DNA of 64,000 nucleotides from a virus (Duplodnaviria; Heunggongvirae; Uroviricota; Caudoviricetes): IMG/VR virus record IMGVR_UViG_637000265_000001; one strand, 5' to 3'. Shown piece by piece: positions 45,641 to 55,613 of this stretch (position 1 is its first letter; each line of letters starts with the position of its first letter). The notes under the pieces were generated by a model. It saw only the letters and a program-made list of their open reading frames with translations, ran no database searches and was not told where the DNA came from. The position numbers and the translations under genes were made by a program.

Positions 45641-45944
45641 TGGTTGTCTCCTTTGCTTGGCCTTCTAACTTCTGAGTGGTTGTATCAAACTCAAACAACT
45701 TAACCACGTCATCAAACAGGACATAATCGCCATCAGAATCTTCAGTCATGTCAGCGCCACAATCCTGACCGAACGAGTCACAACCATCCATATCAAGCTC
45801 GTATCGCTTCAGGTTTGCGATATTTGATAAATTCAGCGCCAGTACAGCCAGGTCATAAACCTCGTCAGCGGTATACCCTGCACCATGTCCATACATTTCA
45901 ATGCGGGATATGATTTCTTCTAACCGTTGTTTTGTGATTGTCAT
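45627..45944 (-). CDS. small acidic hypothetical protein
   Basis: 105 aa, strongly acidic C-terminal half. Confidence 0.4.
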   Translation of the reverse strand: MTITKQRLEEIISRIEMYGHGAGYTADEVYDLAVLALNLSNIANLKRYELDMDGCDSFGQDCGADMTEDSDGDYVLFDDVVKLFEFDTTTQKLEGQAKETTSEQD

Positions 45945-46046
45945 TTTTGCTCACCACTCTGTTCTTCCAGAAAAATACGCATAGCCTCAAGCATCTCTTC
46001 GGTGTCATACGGTGACAACTTGTCACGCAGGATGTGTTCAATGCTG

Positions 46047-46421
46047 TTAATGAACTTGCGGATTCCTTCGCGTTTCAATTTCAGCCAGGAAAGCGTCGGT
46101 GGCTGGGGTTTCAGTAACATCATCTTCCCATTCGCTAAACTCCTCACGACAAAAGTCATTAAATTCCTTCTCAGATTGCTTAAGTGAGGTATTTTCAGCA
46201 GCCATCTTCGCGCATTTAGCCTCAAGGTTATCAATCGTGATTCCAGCAGAACGACACTCCCGCAACGCCGTTTCCAGTTTTGATTCAAGTTCACCGAACT
46301 TACGCACCAGATATTCAGTGTTTGTTTCGTTCACCTTTAAATCTCGGGGGATGCATTTACCTTTCAGAAAACCATCCATCTCAATTAGTGACATTTGTTT
46401 CATTTCTTCCCACTCCGCCAC
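46047..46421 (-). CDS. hypothetical coiled-coil protein
   Basis: 124 aa ORF; overlaps a second-frame ORF (45941-46294). Confidence 0.4.
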   Translation of the reverse strand: MAEWEEMKQMSLIEMDGFLKGKCIPRDLKVNETNTEYLVRKFGELESKLETALRECRSAGITIDNLEAKCAKMAAENTSLKQSEKEFNDFCREEFSEWEDDVTETPATDAFLAEIETRRNPQVH

Positions 46422-46580
46422 ATCGCATTCAGATATTTGTTTTGATTCACTGAAGGAAAAGAATTTCTTTTAAGCAATTCCTCTCTCGATGGCATTGGCT
46501 TTACGCGTTGGCGAATAATCATTTCTGCCGGAAGAATGCCGGGATTGTATGCAAGTCTTCTCATGATTAATTCCTCTTTG

Positions 46581-46895
46581 TTAATTTATTTGTATGCCTG
46601 CTCTTTCTTCATCGAGTTTTTTTAGCTTGTATCGCATAGCTCTTACTGAATAAATTGAGCGGCAGGTTGCAATTGCTATTTCTTCTGCGGAGAACTTACC
46701 GAAAAGTGATACTTCGGCTCTTGTCCATCGTCTTCCACGAAGTCGGCTAACAATGTCAGCGCCAATCCTTGTTGCTTTCGCCATTACTGCTTTTTCAGTC
46801 CTTTCCAGTTTTTCAGCGATAACTTCAACTGGCATTGTCGCCGCTACTTCGCGTAAGAAATCGACTTCCCATTTCTCCCATGGAGTCTTTTTCAT
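46581..46895 (-). CDS. hypothetical protein
   Basis: 104 aa ORF in early-left operon. Confidence 0.4.
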   Translation of the reverse strand: MKKTPWEKWEVDFLREVAATMPVEVIAEKLERTEKAVMAKATRIGADIVSRLRGRRWTRAEVSLFGKFSAEEIAIATCRSIYSVRAMRYKLKKLDEERAGIQIN

Positions 46896-46906
46896 AGGCG
46901 ATACCG

Positions 46907-47395
46907 TTATTTGATAAGAAGTGAAGGTTTCCCAACCTTGAGTTGAGCGCCTGGGATATTTATTCCTGCTTTTAGTTGGTGCTTGATTGCCAACTTGTCG
47001 GGTTTAATTGTCGTTTCGAACTCAACGTATTCAGGAGGAAGGGCGCTTGAGTCGAAGATTTCTACAGTTTCTGACGATTTGCGGATTGTTACCTGGTGAA
47101 TACCTGCTCGAATCTTTTTCTTGCCAACCATTTCAAGCGATGACGCTATATACGCCATAATGCTGTTAATCTTATTTTGAATTACTGCGGCTCGCTCATT
47201 TAGTGACTTTGCCTCTTCCTTGAGGCGTTCAGCATAACCAGTTTCATTTTTAATGACGGAAAGAAGTTGCTCTATTTTATCGGTAAATTCTCCTTCCATG
47301 CCTTCTATTGTGTCAGCAATCATCTCTGGTTCTAAATCTGAATCCATCAATTTTGCGTATTCATTGGCAATTTCATACAGTTTGCTCACTGGCAA
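46907..47395 (-). CDS. Gp157-like protein
   Basis: 162 aa, resembles Siphovirus Gp157 family; adjacent to RecT-like gene. Confidence 0.5.
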   Translation of the reverse strand: MPVSKLYEIANEYAKLMDSDLEPEMIADTIEGMEGEFTDKIEQLLSVIKNETGYAERLKEEAKSLNERAAVIQNKINSIMAYIASSLEMVGKKKIRAGIHQVTIRKSSETVEIFDSSALPPEYVEFETTIKPDKLAIKHQLKAGINIPGAQLKVGKPSLLIK

Positions 47396-48275
47396 CCTCC
47401 AGTTTCGCTTTGCATTCTATGTAAATGGCTTGTACGTTCTGCTGCAATTTCATTCCAGATGTCAGGCGATATGCTTCTGCAAAATATCGCTTCAAATCAT
47501 CCATGTTTTCTGCCTGAGCCATTTCATCGCAAAGAAGTTGTGCTTTATCCATTATTTCCTGCTGGCGTTTCCGTTCATCTTCGCGGATATCTTCCTCTGA
47601 TTTGTGCGGCATAACTGGTTCCTGATGCATACCTTCATCTTCGTTAAGCAGGTGAATGGCATTATCCAGTCGCTGGGCTTTAGGCCAGTATTTGCTGGCG
47701 CGTTTAATTATTGTTTTACGCGCCATCTCTTCCCAGAATGTTTTCCACGGTCCATTCTTTGCCTTGCTCGTTGCTTCCACAGCTTTAATTTCTGCCAGAC
47801 TCATTTCTTCAGTCAGGTAGTCACCATCTGCTGTTTTAACCGTGCAATAACCTCCAACAATAGAGCCTCGCTCACCAAATGCGTTGTATTTGTGGGTTGG
47901 TGCTGAATCAAGGCCATTTGATTCATAGGTGTCGTTTGAGTACACCAGTTTGCATTGCCCCCACTTAATTGATCCTGTCGATTGCGCAAGATGAAGTAAT
48001 CCCATGTAACTGATATCAAGGCACACCATGCCGTCGCGAGGAACCAGATAAGCCAGTTTGCTGGCCGGGTTTAAGGTGATGCCGATCGCCGCAACATTGA
48101 TGATGGCGTTCTGTGCGCTGGTTGGATTTGCCAGTGCCGTTTTAGCCAGGTAATCATTTTTCTGGAAATACTGAATTGCAAACTGGCTTTCCTTAGCCCA
48201 TGTCACCGTCTGTTCAGTCAATGCTCCGCAGAATAACTGCTCTTGCTGTTTAACGAATTCAACGATATTGCTCAT
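47373..48275 (-). CDS. recT: RecT-family single-strand annealing protein
   Basis: Motif GPWKTFWEEMARKTIIKRASKYWP parallels RecT GPWVTHWEEMAKKTAIRRLFKYLP. Confidence 0.7.
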   Translation of the reverse strand: MSNIVEFVKQQEQLFCGALTEQTVTWAKESQFAIQYFQKNDYLAKTALANPTSAQNAIINVAAIGITLNPASKLAYLVPRDGMVCLDISYMGLLHLAQSTGSIKWGQCKLVYSNDTYESNGLDSAPTHKYNAFGERGSIVGGYCTVKTADGDYLTEEMSLAEIKAVEATSKAKNGPWKTFWEEMARKTIIKRASKYWPKAQRLDNAIHLLNEDEGMHQEPVMPHKSEEDIREDERKRQQEIMDKAQLLCDEMAQAENMDDLKRYFAEAYRLTSGMKLQQNVQAIYIECKAKLEVASEQTV

Positions 48276-48583
48276 GCAGCTTCTCCATAAATATGTCTGC
48301 GTTTGAATATTGCGAAGGCATATTCAGCCTTAACTCTTTCGGTTATTGCATCCCAGAACCATTCAGCGGCTTTTTCCTGATAGTTACAGTCATCATCTTC
48401 CAGCCAGTCGATAGCGTCCTTAGTGTGTTCATCTGGCTTATATGAGCGAAGCATTTCGCTTATTGGGTCGCAACGTTTGCAGAGGCGATCAACTTCACTG
48501 TTGATTCGTTCGTAATCTTCATCAGTAAAACTTGCGATTATTTGCGATATTTCACGCTTATCATTCAGAGTCAGAATCATCAT
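48272..48583 (-). CDS. hypothetical protein upstream of recT
   Basis: 103 aa acidic ORF overlapping recT start. Confidence 0.4.
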   Translation of the reverse strand: MMILTLNDKREISQIIASFTDEDYERINSEVDRLCKRCDPISEMLRSYKPDEHTKDAIDWLEDDDCNYQEKAAEWFWDAITERVKAEYAFAIFKRRHIYGEAA

Positions 48584-48854
48584 CTTTCTCCTGTTCTTTG
48601 TGCTGATTGAGCATTTTGTTCATCTGACGAATGAATTCTTCGTCTGACCAGTTATCTGTAAAACTCATGGACGGCCTTGTTGTTTCAAAATATCCCAAAG
48701 CTTTTCGAGCAAACTTTTCATTCTTGGTTGTTTAAAGTCTGCTCCGGTTAAAATATTTTTTCGTGAATGCTGTACCGATAAAATCGGGTTGAAAGGGCGG
48801 GTAATGCTGCCAACTTACTGATTTAGTGTATGATGGTGATTTTAAGGTGCTTGC

Positions 48855-49130
48855 GTGGCTTCCATTTCCATCAGATGTCCTTCCTGCTCCGCTACTGAAG
48901 GCGTGGTGCGTAACGGCAAAAGCACTGCCGGACATCAGCGCTATCTCTGCTCTCATTGCCGTAAAACATGGCAACTACAGTTCACTTACACCGCCTCTCA
49001 GCCCGGTACGCACCAGAAAATCATTGATATGGCCATGAATGGCGTCGGATGTCGCGCCAGTGCACGCATTATGGGCGTTGGCCTCAACACGGTTTTACGT
49101 CACTTAAAAAACTCAGGCCGCAGTCGGTAA
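48855..49130 (+). CDS. insA: IS1 InsA
   Basis: 91 aa [23 protein letters not shown]... Confidence 0.9.
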   Translation: MASISIRCPSCSATEGVVRNGKSTAGHQRYLCSHCRKTWQLQFTYTASQPGTHQKIIDMAMNGVGCRASARIMGVGLNTVLRHLKNSGRSR

Positions 49131-49552
49131 CCTCGCGCATACAACCGGGCAGTGATGTGATTGTCTGCGCTGAAATGGACGAACATTGGGGCTACGTCGG
49201 TGCTAAATCACGTCAGCGCTGGCTGTTTTACGCGTATGACAGGATACGGAGGACGGTTGTGGCGCACGTCTTCGGTGAACGCACTCTGGCCACACTGGAG
49301 CGTCTTCTGAGCCTGCTGTCGGCCTTTGAGGTCGTGGTATGGATGACGGATGGCTGGCCGCTGTATGAATCACGCCTGAAGGGAAAGCTGCACGTTATCA
49401 GCAAGCGTTACACTCAGCGCATTGAGCGACATAATCTGAATCTGAGACAACATCTGGCAAGGCTGGTACGGAAGTCACTGTCGTTCTCAAAATCGGTGGA
49501 GCTGCATGACAAGGTCATCGGGCATTATCTGAACATAAAACACTATCAGTAA
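49049..49552 (+). CDS. insB: IS1 InsB (expressed as InsAB' fusion by frameshift)
   Basis: 167 aa ORF matching recalled IS1 InsB. Confidence 0.85.
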   Translation: MSRQCTHYGRWPQHGFTSLKKLRPQSVTSRIQPGSDVIVCAEMDEHWGYVGAKSRQRWLFYAYDRIRRTVVAHVFGERTLATLERLLSLLSAFEVVVWMTDGWPLYESRLKGKLHVISKRYTQRIERHNLNLRQHLARLVRKSLSFSKSVELHDKVIGHYLNIKHYQ

Positions 49553-49859
49553 GTTGGAGTCATTACCGAAAGGGCGAACCGATGCCGCCCCTGCAATAGC
49601 GAACTGTTGCATAGGATGCTCCTTCTGTTTGATTGCATAACGAAAACGCCTCGAGTGAAGCGTTATTGGTATGCATATAAAAAGGCCCTCACATTGGAGG
49701 GCAAAGAAGATTTCCAATAATCAGAACAAGTCGGCTCCTGTTTAGTTACGAGCGACATTGCTCCGTGTATTCACTCGTTGGAATGAATACACAGTGCAGT
49801 GTTTATTCTGTTATTTATGCCAAAAATAAAGGCCACTATCAGGCAGCTTTGTTGTTCTG

Positions 49860-50039
49860 TTAACCAAGTTCTCTGGCAATCATTGCCGTCGTTCGTATTG
49901 CCCATTTATCGACATATTTCCCATCTTCCATTACAGGAAACATTTCTTCAGGCTTAACCATGCATTCCGATTGCAGCTTGCATCCATTGCATCGCTTGAA
50001 TTGTCCACACCATTGATTCTTATCAATAGTCGTAGTCAT
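49860..50039 (-). CDS. ral: Ral-like restriction alleviation protein, premature stop relative to 66 aa form
   Basis: 59 aa zinc-ribbon-like ORF MTTTIDKNQWCGQFKRCNGCKLQSEC...; in-frame TAA followed by 7 more codons (QNNKAA) before a second stop; 195 bp spacing to sieB. Confidence 0.55.
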   Translation of the reverse strand: MTTTIDKNQWCGQFKRCNGCKLQSECMVKPEEMFPVMEDGKYVDKWAIRTTAMIARELG

Positions 50040-50233
50040 ACGGATAGTCCTGGTACTGTTCCATTACATCCTGCGGATGCTCTTCGAACTCTTCAAATTC
50101 TTCTTCCATATATCACCTTAAATAGTGGATTGCGGTAGTAAAGATTGTGCCTGTCTTTTAACCACATCAGGCTCGGTGGTTCTCGTGTACCCCTACAGCG
50201 AGAAATCGGATAAACTATTACAACCCCTACAGT

Positions 50234-50788
50234 TTGATGAGTATAGAAATGGATCCACTCGTTATTCTCGGACGAGTGTTCAGTAATGAACCTCTGGAGA
50301 GAACCATGTATATGATCGTTATCTGGGTTGGACTTCTGCTTTTAAGCCCAGATAACTGGCCTGAATATGTTAATGAGAGAATCGGTATTCCTCATGTGTG
50401 GCATGTTTTCGTTTTTGCTCTTGCATTTTCGCTAGCAATTAATGTGCATCGATTATCAGCTATTGCCAGCGCCAGATATAAGCGATTTAAGCTAAGAAAA
50501 CGCATTAAGATGCAAAACGATAAAGTGCGATCAGTAATTCAAAACCTTACAGAAGAGCAATCTATGGTTTTGTGCGCAGCCCTTAATGAAGGCAGGAAGT
50601 ATGTGGTTACATCAAAACAATTCCCATACATTAGTGAGTTGATTGAGCTTGGTGTGTTGAACAAAACTTTTTCCCGATGGAACGGGAAGCATATATTATT
50701 CCCTATTGAGGATATTTACTGGACTGAATTAGTTGCCAGCTATGATCCATATAATATTGAGATAAAGCCAAGGCCAATATCTAAGTAA
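50234..50788 (+). CDS. sieB: superinfection exclusion protein B (SieB-like)
   Basis: 555 bp plus-strand ORF abutting the N stop codon, as recalled for lambda sieB; N-terminal TM segments. Confidence 0.6.
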   Translation: MMSIEMDPLVILGRVFSNEPLERTMYMIVIWVGLLLLSPDNWPEYVNERIGIPHVWHVFVFALAFSLAINVHRLSAIASARYKRFKLRKRIKMQNDKVRSVIQNLTEEQSMVLCAALNEGRKYVVTSKQFPYISELIELGVLNKTFSRWNGKHILFPIEDIYWTELVASYDPYNIEIKPRPISK

Positions 50789-51112
50789 CTAGGTAAGAGG
50801 AATCGATTTTCCCTTAATTTTCTGGCGTCCACTGCATGTTATGCCGCGTTCGCCAGGCTTGCTGTACCATGTGCGCTGATTCTTGCGCTCAATACGTTGC
50901 AGGTTGCTTTCAATCTGTTCGTGGTATTCAGCCAGCACCGTAAGGTCTATCGGATTCAGTGCGCTTTCTACTCGTGATTTCGGTTTGCGATTCAGCGAGA
51001 GAATAGGGCGGTTAACTGGTTTTGCGCTTACCCCAACCAACAGGGGATTTGCTGCTTTCCATTGAGCCTGTTTCTCTGCGCGACGTTCGCGGCGGCGTGT
51101 TTGTGCATCCAT
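50789..51112 (-). CDS. N: antitermination protein N (lambda-type)
   Basis: 107 aa from MDAQTRRRERRAEKQAQWKAAN; Arg-rich motif. Confidence 0.85.
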   Translation of the reverse strand: MDAQTRRRERRAEKQAQWKAANPLLVGVSAKPVNRPILSLNRKPKSRVESALNPIDLTVLAEYHEQIESNLQRIERKNQRTWYSKPGERGITCSGRQKIKGKSIPLT

Positions 51113-51222
51113 CTGGATTCTCCTGTCAGTTAGCTTTGAGTAACGCGCCGTGATGCTTATCTCCACGGTTGCTGTCTTGCAGCTGCATTTCGCGCTACTC
51201 AAAGCTTTCTGCTTTGAATGCT

Positions 51223-51255
51223 GCCCTTCTTCAGGGCTAAATTTTTAAGAGCCTC
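51223..51255 (-). promoter_or_regulatory. nutL (boxA plus boxB hairpin)
   Basis: Minus-strand GGCTCTTAA followed by GCCCTGAAGAAGGGC. Confidence 0.65.
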
Positions 51256-51298
51256 ACCTTCAATGGTGGTTAGTGCGTCCTGCTGATGGCTTAAAATT

Positions 51299-51366
51299 AC
51301 AAGAAAGATTGTGTGCTGCAAACAAGAAATATTGTAAAAATAGGCATGAAAAACAAACTCCATTGT
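51299..51366. promoter_or_regulatory. OL operators (three 434-type 14-mers) / pL region
   Basis: ACAAGAAAGATTGT, ACAAGAAATATTGT, ACAAACTCCATTGT. Confidence 0.6.
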
Positions 51367-51416
51367 TTTTAAACGGAAAATAGTTTGTTTTTTGGCTGTC
51401 GAAATCGAGGTGAGGA

Positions 51417-52769
<1,353 letters not shown>

Positions 52770-52777
52770 GACATTCC

Positions 52778-52809
52778 CGCTCTTACACATCCCAGCCCTG
52801 AAAAAGGGC
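52778..52809 (+). promoter_or_regulatory. nutR (boxA CGCTCTTACA plus boxB GCCCTGAAAAAGGGC)
   Basis: Lambda-like nutR elements directly downstream of cro. Confidence 0.65.
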
Positions 52810-52836
52810 ATCAAATTAAACCACACCTATGGTGTA

Positions 52837-54262
52837 TAATGCCAGTCAGTTAAGCAACTGACTGGCTCTTTTTCGGGGCTGTGGGGTATTTCCAGGGCCT
52901 CTCCTTTACCACTCTCGGGAAGGCCCTTCCCCTTCTCGTCGGTAATTTCACAAGTTGTCCCATACTTGCAAGATCGCGCATCAGCTCCGGTATACGTCCC
53001 GGTGAAGCGCCCTGCAATGTCATCAGCATTCTCATCACCATTCCGCATGATTCTGAGAAACTCAGTTGATTCGGCCAGTAACCTTTCAGATGTTCCGCCA
53101 TTTTAATCATCTGATATCTCACCAGATTATAAGCCAGTAAGACACCCCACAGCTCTTGCTCCACAAGCTCCGGCTTTTTACTTCTCAGCGTCAGCCTGCT
53201 CAGTTGCATCGTCTGTTTTATCTCCCTGTATCCCAGTTCGATTTCCCAGCGATGACTGTACAGATCCGCCATTTCTCCTCCGGGGAAGCGCATGGCGTCC
53301 GTCATCGACGTCAGCAGATGGCAGACTTTTCCTTTGCGCGTCACGGTCAGCAGGCGGGCTGTCACTTCATTTCCCAGTCCCGGCCACTTTTTTCGTGCCT
53401 GCGGGCTGGTTTTCAGCTTCACCAGATGATCGCCTTTACCCAGTTTTCTGAGCTCTTCATATTGCGCTCCCTTTCTGAGAGGTATCATCCAGTGGCGGTG
53501 TTCTCCCGCCAGGCTCCAGCCATTTAACAGTCCCAGTGAGTAATAACCTTTATCCATTAACGTCAGAGTGTTATCGCCGGTTTGTTCTATAAGTTGCTCA
53601 GCAAGCTCATTTTCGCTGTTCTTCATCGTGCCGAAGGCTGCAGCCGTCAGCAGATGGCTGGTCAGTTCCATCTGGCAGACCATTTTGACCTGCGGGTAGA
53701 GCGCCGGGTTCCCGGCATGTGTCTGGCGGGGGAAGGCTGCATCGTTCTCTGGTGTATCCGGTGTGCGCCAGAACACACCATCGATGGCCAGCAGGGTCAG
53801 GCCGCACCAGTGCGGATGCGGCGTGGCGTTATGCCAGAGCTGCGCTGTTTTCGTGAACACGCGGCGGACAGCCTCACTTCCCAGGCGCTGGCGGGCCTGA
53901 ATAACGGCACTGGGGGCAACGAAGGGGCGATTGCCCGGCAGCATGATGTCCAGGCGATTCACAATCTGGTGAAGAGGTTCTTTACGCTCAAGCACCATGC
54001 CAACAATACACCAGACCATCATTTCGAGGGGAAGACGGCGCTTGCGTAGCGTTACAGTACCTGATTCGGCAAGGCAACGAGAGATGAGTTCGGGGGCGAG
54101 GTAATCCCCCAGAGAAGTCAGTGGGTTACGCAGAGAATCGTAACGGGATACCAGATCAAGAGCCTGTCCAATGTGCATAAAAGAATCCGGAAACAAGTGA
54201 GCGTTTCCGGATTCTTACACAGCCACTGGATCGGTCAACTGATCCTTAACTGATCGGCATTA
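52837..54262 (-). mobile_element. IS4, 1426 bp, with 13 bp target-site duplication CACCTATGGTGTA
   Basis: Termini TAATGCC... and ...GGCATTA; direct repeats at 52824-52836 and 54263-54275. Confidence 0.9.
52850..54196 (-). CDS. insG: IS4 transposase
   Basis: 448 aa DDE transposase matching recalled IS4 InsG. Confidence 0.85.
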   Translation of the reverse strand: MFPDSFMHIGQALDLVSRYDSLRNPLTSLGDYLAPELISRCLAESGTVTLRKRRLPLEMMVWCIVGMVLERKEPLHQIVNRLDIMLPGNRPFVAPSAVIQARQRLGSEAVRRVFTKTAQLWHNATPHPHWCGLTLLAIDGVFWRTPDTPENDAAFPRQTHAGNPALYPQVKMVCQMELTSHLLTAAAFGTMKNSENELAEQLIEQTGDNTLTLMDKGYYSLGLLNGWSLAGEHRHWMIPLRKGAQYEELRKLGKGDHLVKLKTSPQARKKWPGLGNEVTARLLTVTRKGKVCHLLTSMTDAMRFPGGEMADLYSHRWEIELGYREIKQTMQLSRLTLRSKKPELVEQELWGVLLAYNLVRYQMIKMAEHLKGYWPNQLSFSESCGMVMRMLMTLQGASPGRIPELMRDLASMGQLVKLPTRRGRAFPRVVKERPWKYPTAPKKSQSVA

Positions 54263-54327
54263 CACCTATGGTGTATGCATTTATTTGCATACATTCAATC
54301 AATTGTTATCTAAGGAAATACTTACAT

Positions 54328-54606
54328 ATGCAACTTACAAGTACTCGCAAGAAAGCGAATGCAATTACAAGCAACATCCTGAATCGAATTGCTGTACGTG
54401 GTCAGCGAAAGGTTGCCGACGCGTTAGGGGTTAATGAATCGCAAATTTCGCGATGGAAAGACAGCTTCATCCCCAAAATGGGAATGCTTCTGGCTGTTCT
54501 TGAATGGGGTGTTGAAGACGAGGAGTTGGCGGAACTGGCTAAGCAAGTAGCCAGAATGCTGACAAAAGAAAAAGCCCCGAAGAACGGCGAATTCTTCGAG
54601 GCCTAA
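54328..54606 (+). CDS. cII: cII transcriptional activator
   Basis: 92 aa with motif QISRWK...MLLAVLEWGV shared with lambda CII; TAAGGAAA RBS. Confidence 0.8.
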   Translation: MQLTSTRKKANAITSNILNRIAVRGQRKVADALGVNESQISRWKDSFIPKMGMLLAVLEWGVEDEELAELAKQVARMLTKEKAPKNGEFFEA

Positions 54607-54788
54607 TGTAGAAAGACTGGATCAATCCACGGGAGTAATTATGACAAAACGTCGTAAGAAATACCAGGAAAAAGAAGAGATTCGACACCCTGATTCACCT
54701 GAGGGATTAGTGGTAGCCGCAGCAAATAACAGGGCGTTCGCAGAGCGCCTTGTTGGTGTTTACAGACTAGCCAAAGCAGGAGTGAAAC

Positions 54789-55613
54789 ATGGGCGTCGTT
54801 AAGTTAGCTGATTACAGGCATAACCCTGTACAACATCAGGAGGCATCCAGTATGGGGTATGTCTCTATACACCGCCAGTTTATGGACAGCAGGCTCTATA
54901 AGGACTCTCAGGCAGTACATCTTTGGCTTCACTTAATCCTCAAGGCTAATCACGAATCTACTGTCGTCAATACGGATATCGGTCCGATAACTGTTGATCG
55001 CGGTCAGATGATAACTGGACGCCCGTCGCTGGTCAGAGAAACATTCATCCCCGACAACAAAGTTCGGAGCTTATTACGGACTTTTGAGTCGAAAGGGATG
55101 CTTAATATTTGCTCGATGGGGAAGAAATTTAGCCTGTTTACAATCGTTAAATATGACGATTTTCAGGCAAAAAATTGTCCAACGGTTGTCCAACGGTTGT
55201 CCATAAACAATAATATAAATAATATCTCTAATACTGACGTATTAGAGAGTGCCACAGCAGACAAAAAGTCTAACAAGAAAAAACCTTCCGTCAGCTGTCA
55301 GGATGTTGTCGATGCTTACCACGAAATCCTTCCTGAAGCGCCAAGAATCCGCGCACTGAATGACAAGCGTAAAAACCAGATCCGAACGTTCTGGCGCAAA
55401 GCCGGAGTGATAACCCGCCAGCTTGACGGACATGGGTTCACGATGCAGGACTGGAGAAATTATTTGAGCTACGTAGGCGAAAATTGTCGATGGATGTTCG
55501 AAGAGCGTCCAAACCATCAACGCGGAACTGTCTGGCACAAAAAGGGATTTGATTTCCTGCTTAACGATAATACCTACCTGAAAGTTCGTGAGGGTGAACA
55601 CGATGACCGATAA
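54789..55613 (+). CDS. replication initiator (O-like replisome organiser) containing origin iterons
   Basis: Position after cII; GGAGTGA RBS; internal direct repeats and AT-rich tract. Confidence 0.65.
   Translation: MGVVKLADYRHNPVQHQEASSMGYVSIHRQFMDSRLYKDSQAVHLWLHLILKANHESTVVNTDIGPITVDRGQMITGRPSLVRETFIPDNKVRSLLRTFESKGMLNICSMGKKFSLFTIVKYDDFQAKNCPTVVQRLSINNNINNISNTDVLESATADKKSNKKKPSVSCQDVVDAYHEILPEAPRIRALNDKRKNQIRTFWRKAGVITRQLDGHGFTMQDWRNYLSYVGENCRWMFEERPNHQRGTVWHKKGFDFLLNDNTYLKVREGEHDDR
55175..55207 (+). repeat. putative ori iterons (3 x 11 bp TTGTCCAACGG-like)
   Basis: TTGTCCAACGG TTGTCCAACGG TTGTCCATAAA followed by AT-rich segment, inside the initiator gene. Confidence 0.5.

Larger units (their letters stand above)
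48800..49567 (+). mobile_element. IS1, 768 bp, with 9 bp target-site duplication GAAAGGGCG
   Basis: IS1 termini GGTAATGCTGCCAACTTACTGAT ... GGTAATGACTCC-type ends; direct repeats at 48791-48799 and 49568-49576. Confidence 0.9.
48664..49612 (-). pseudogene. cIII-like small gene interrupted by IS1
   Basis: Joining the flanks and removing one copy of the duplication gives a 56 aa ORF with GAAGGAG RBS; C-terminus LLEKLWDILKQQGRP resembles lambda cIII. Confidence 0.45.

Noticed and set aside
48578-48668. 35-codon ORF coupled (ATGA) to the cIII-like stop, possible kil-like gene
   Set aside because: Overlaps the start of the next gene in another frame; low complexity; insufficient evidence.
50027-50113. 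28-codon acidic mini-ORF (MEEEFEEFEE...) with RBS overlapping ral
   Set aside because: Too short and low-complexity to call confidently, although it has an AAGGTGA RBS; left unannotated.
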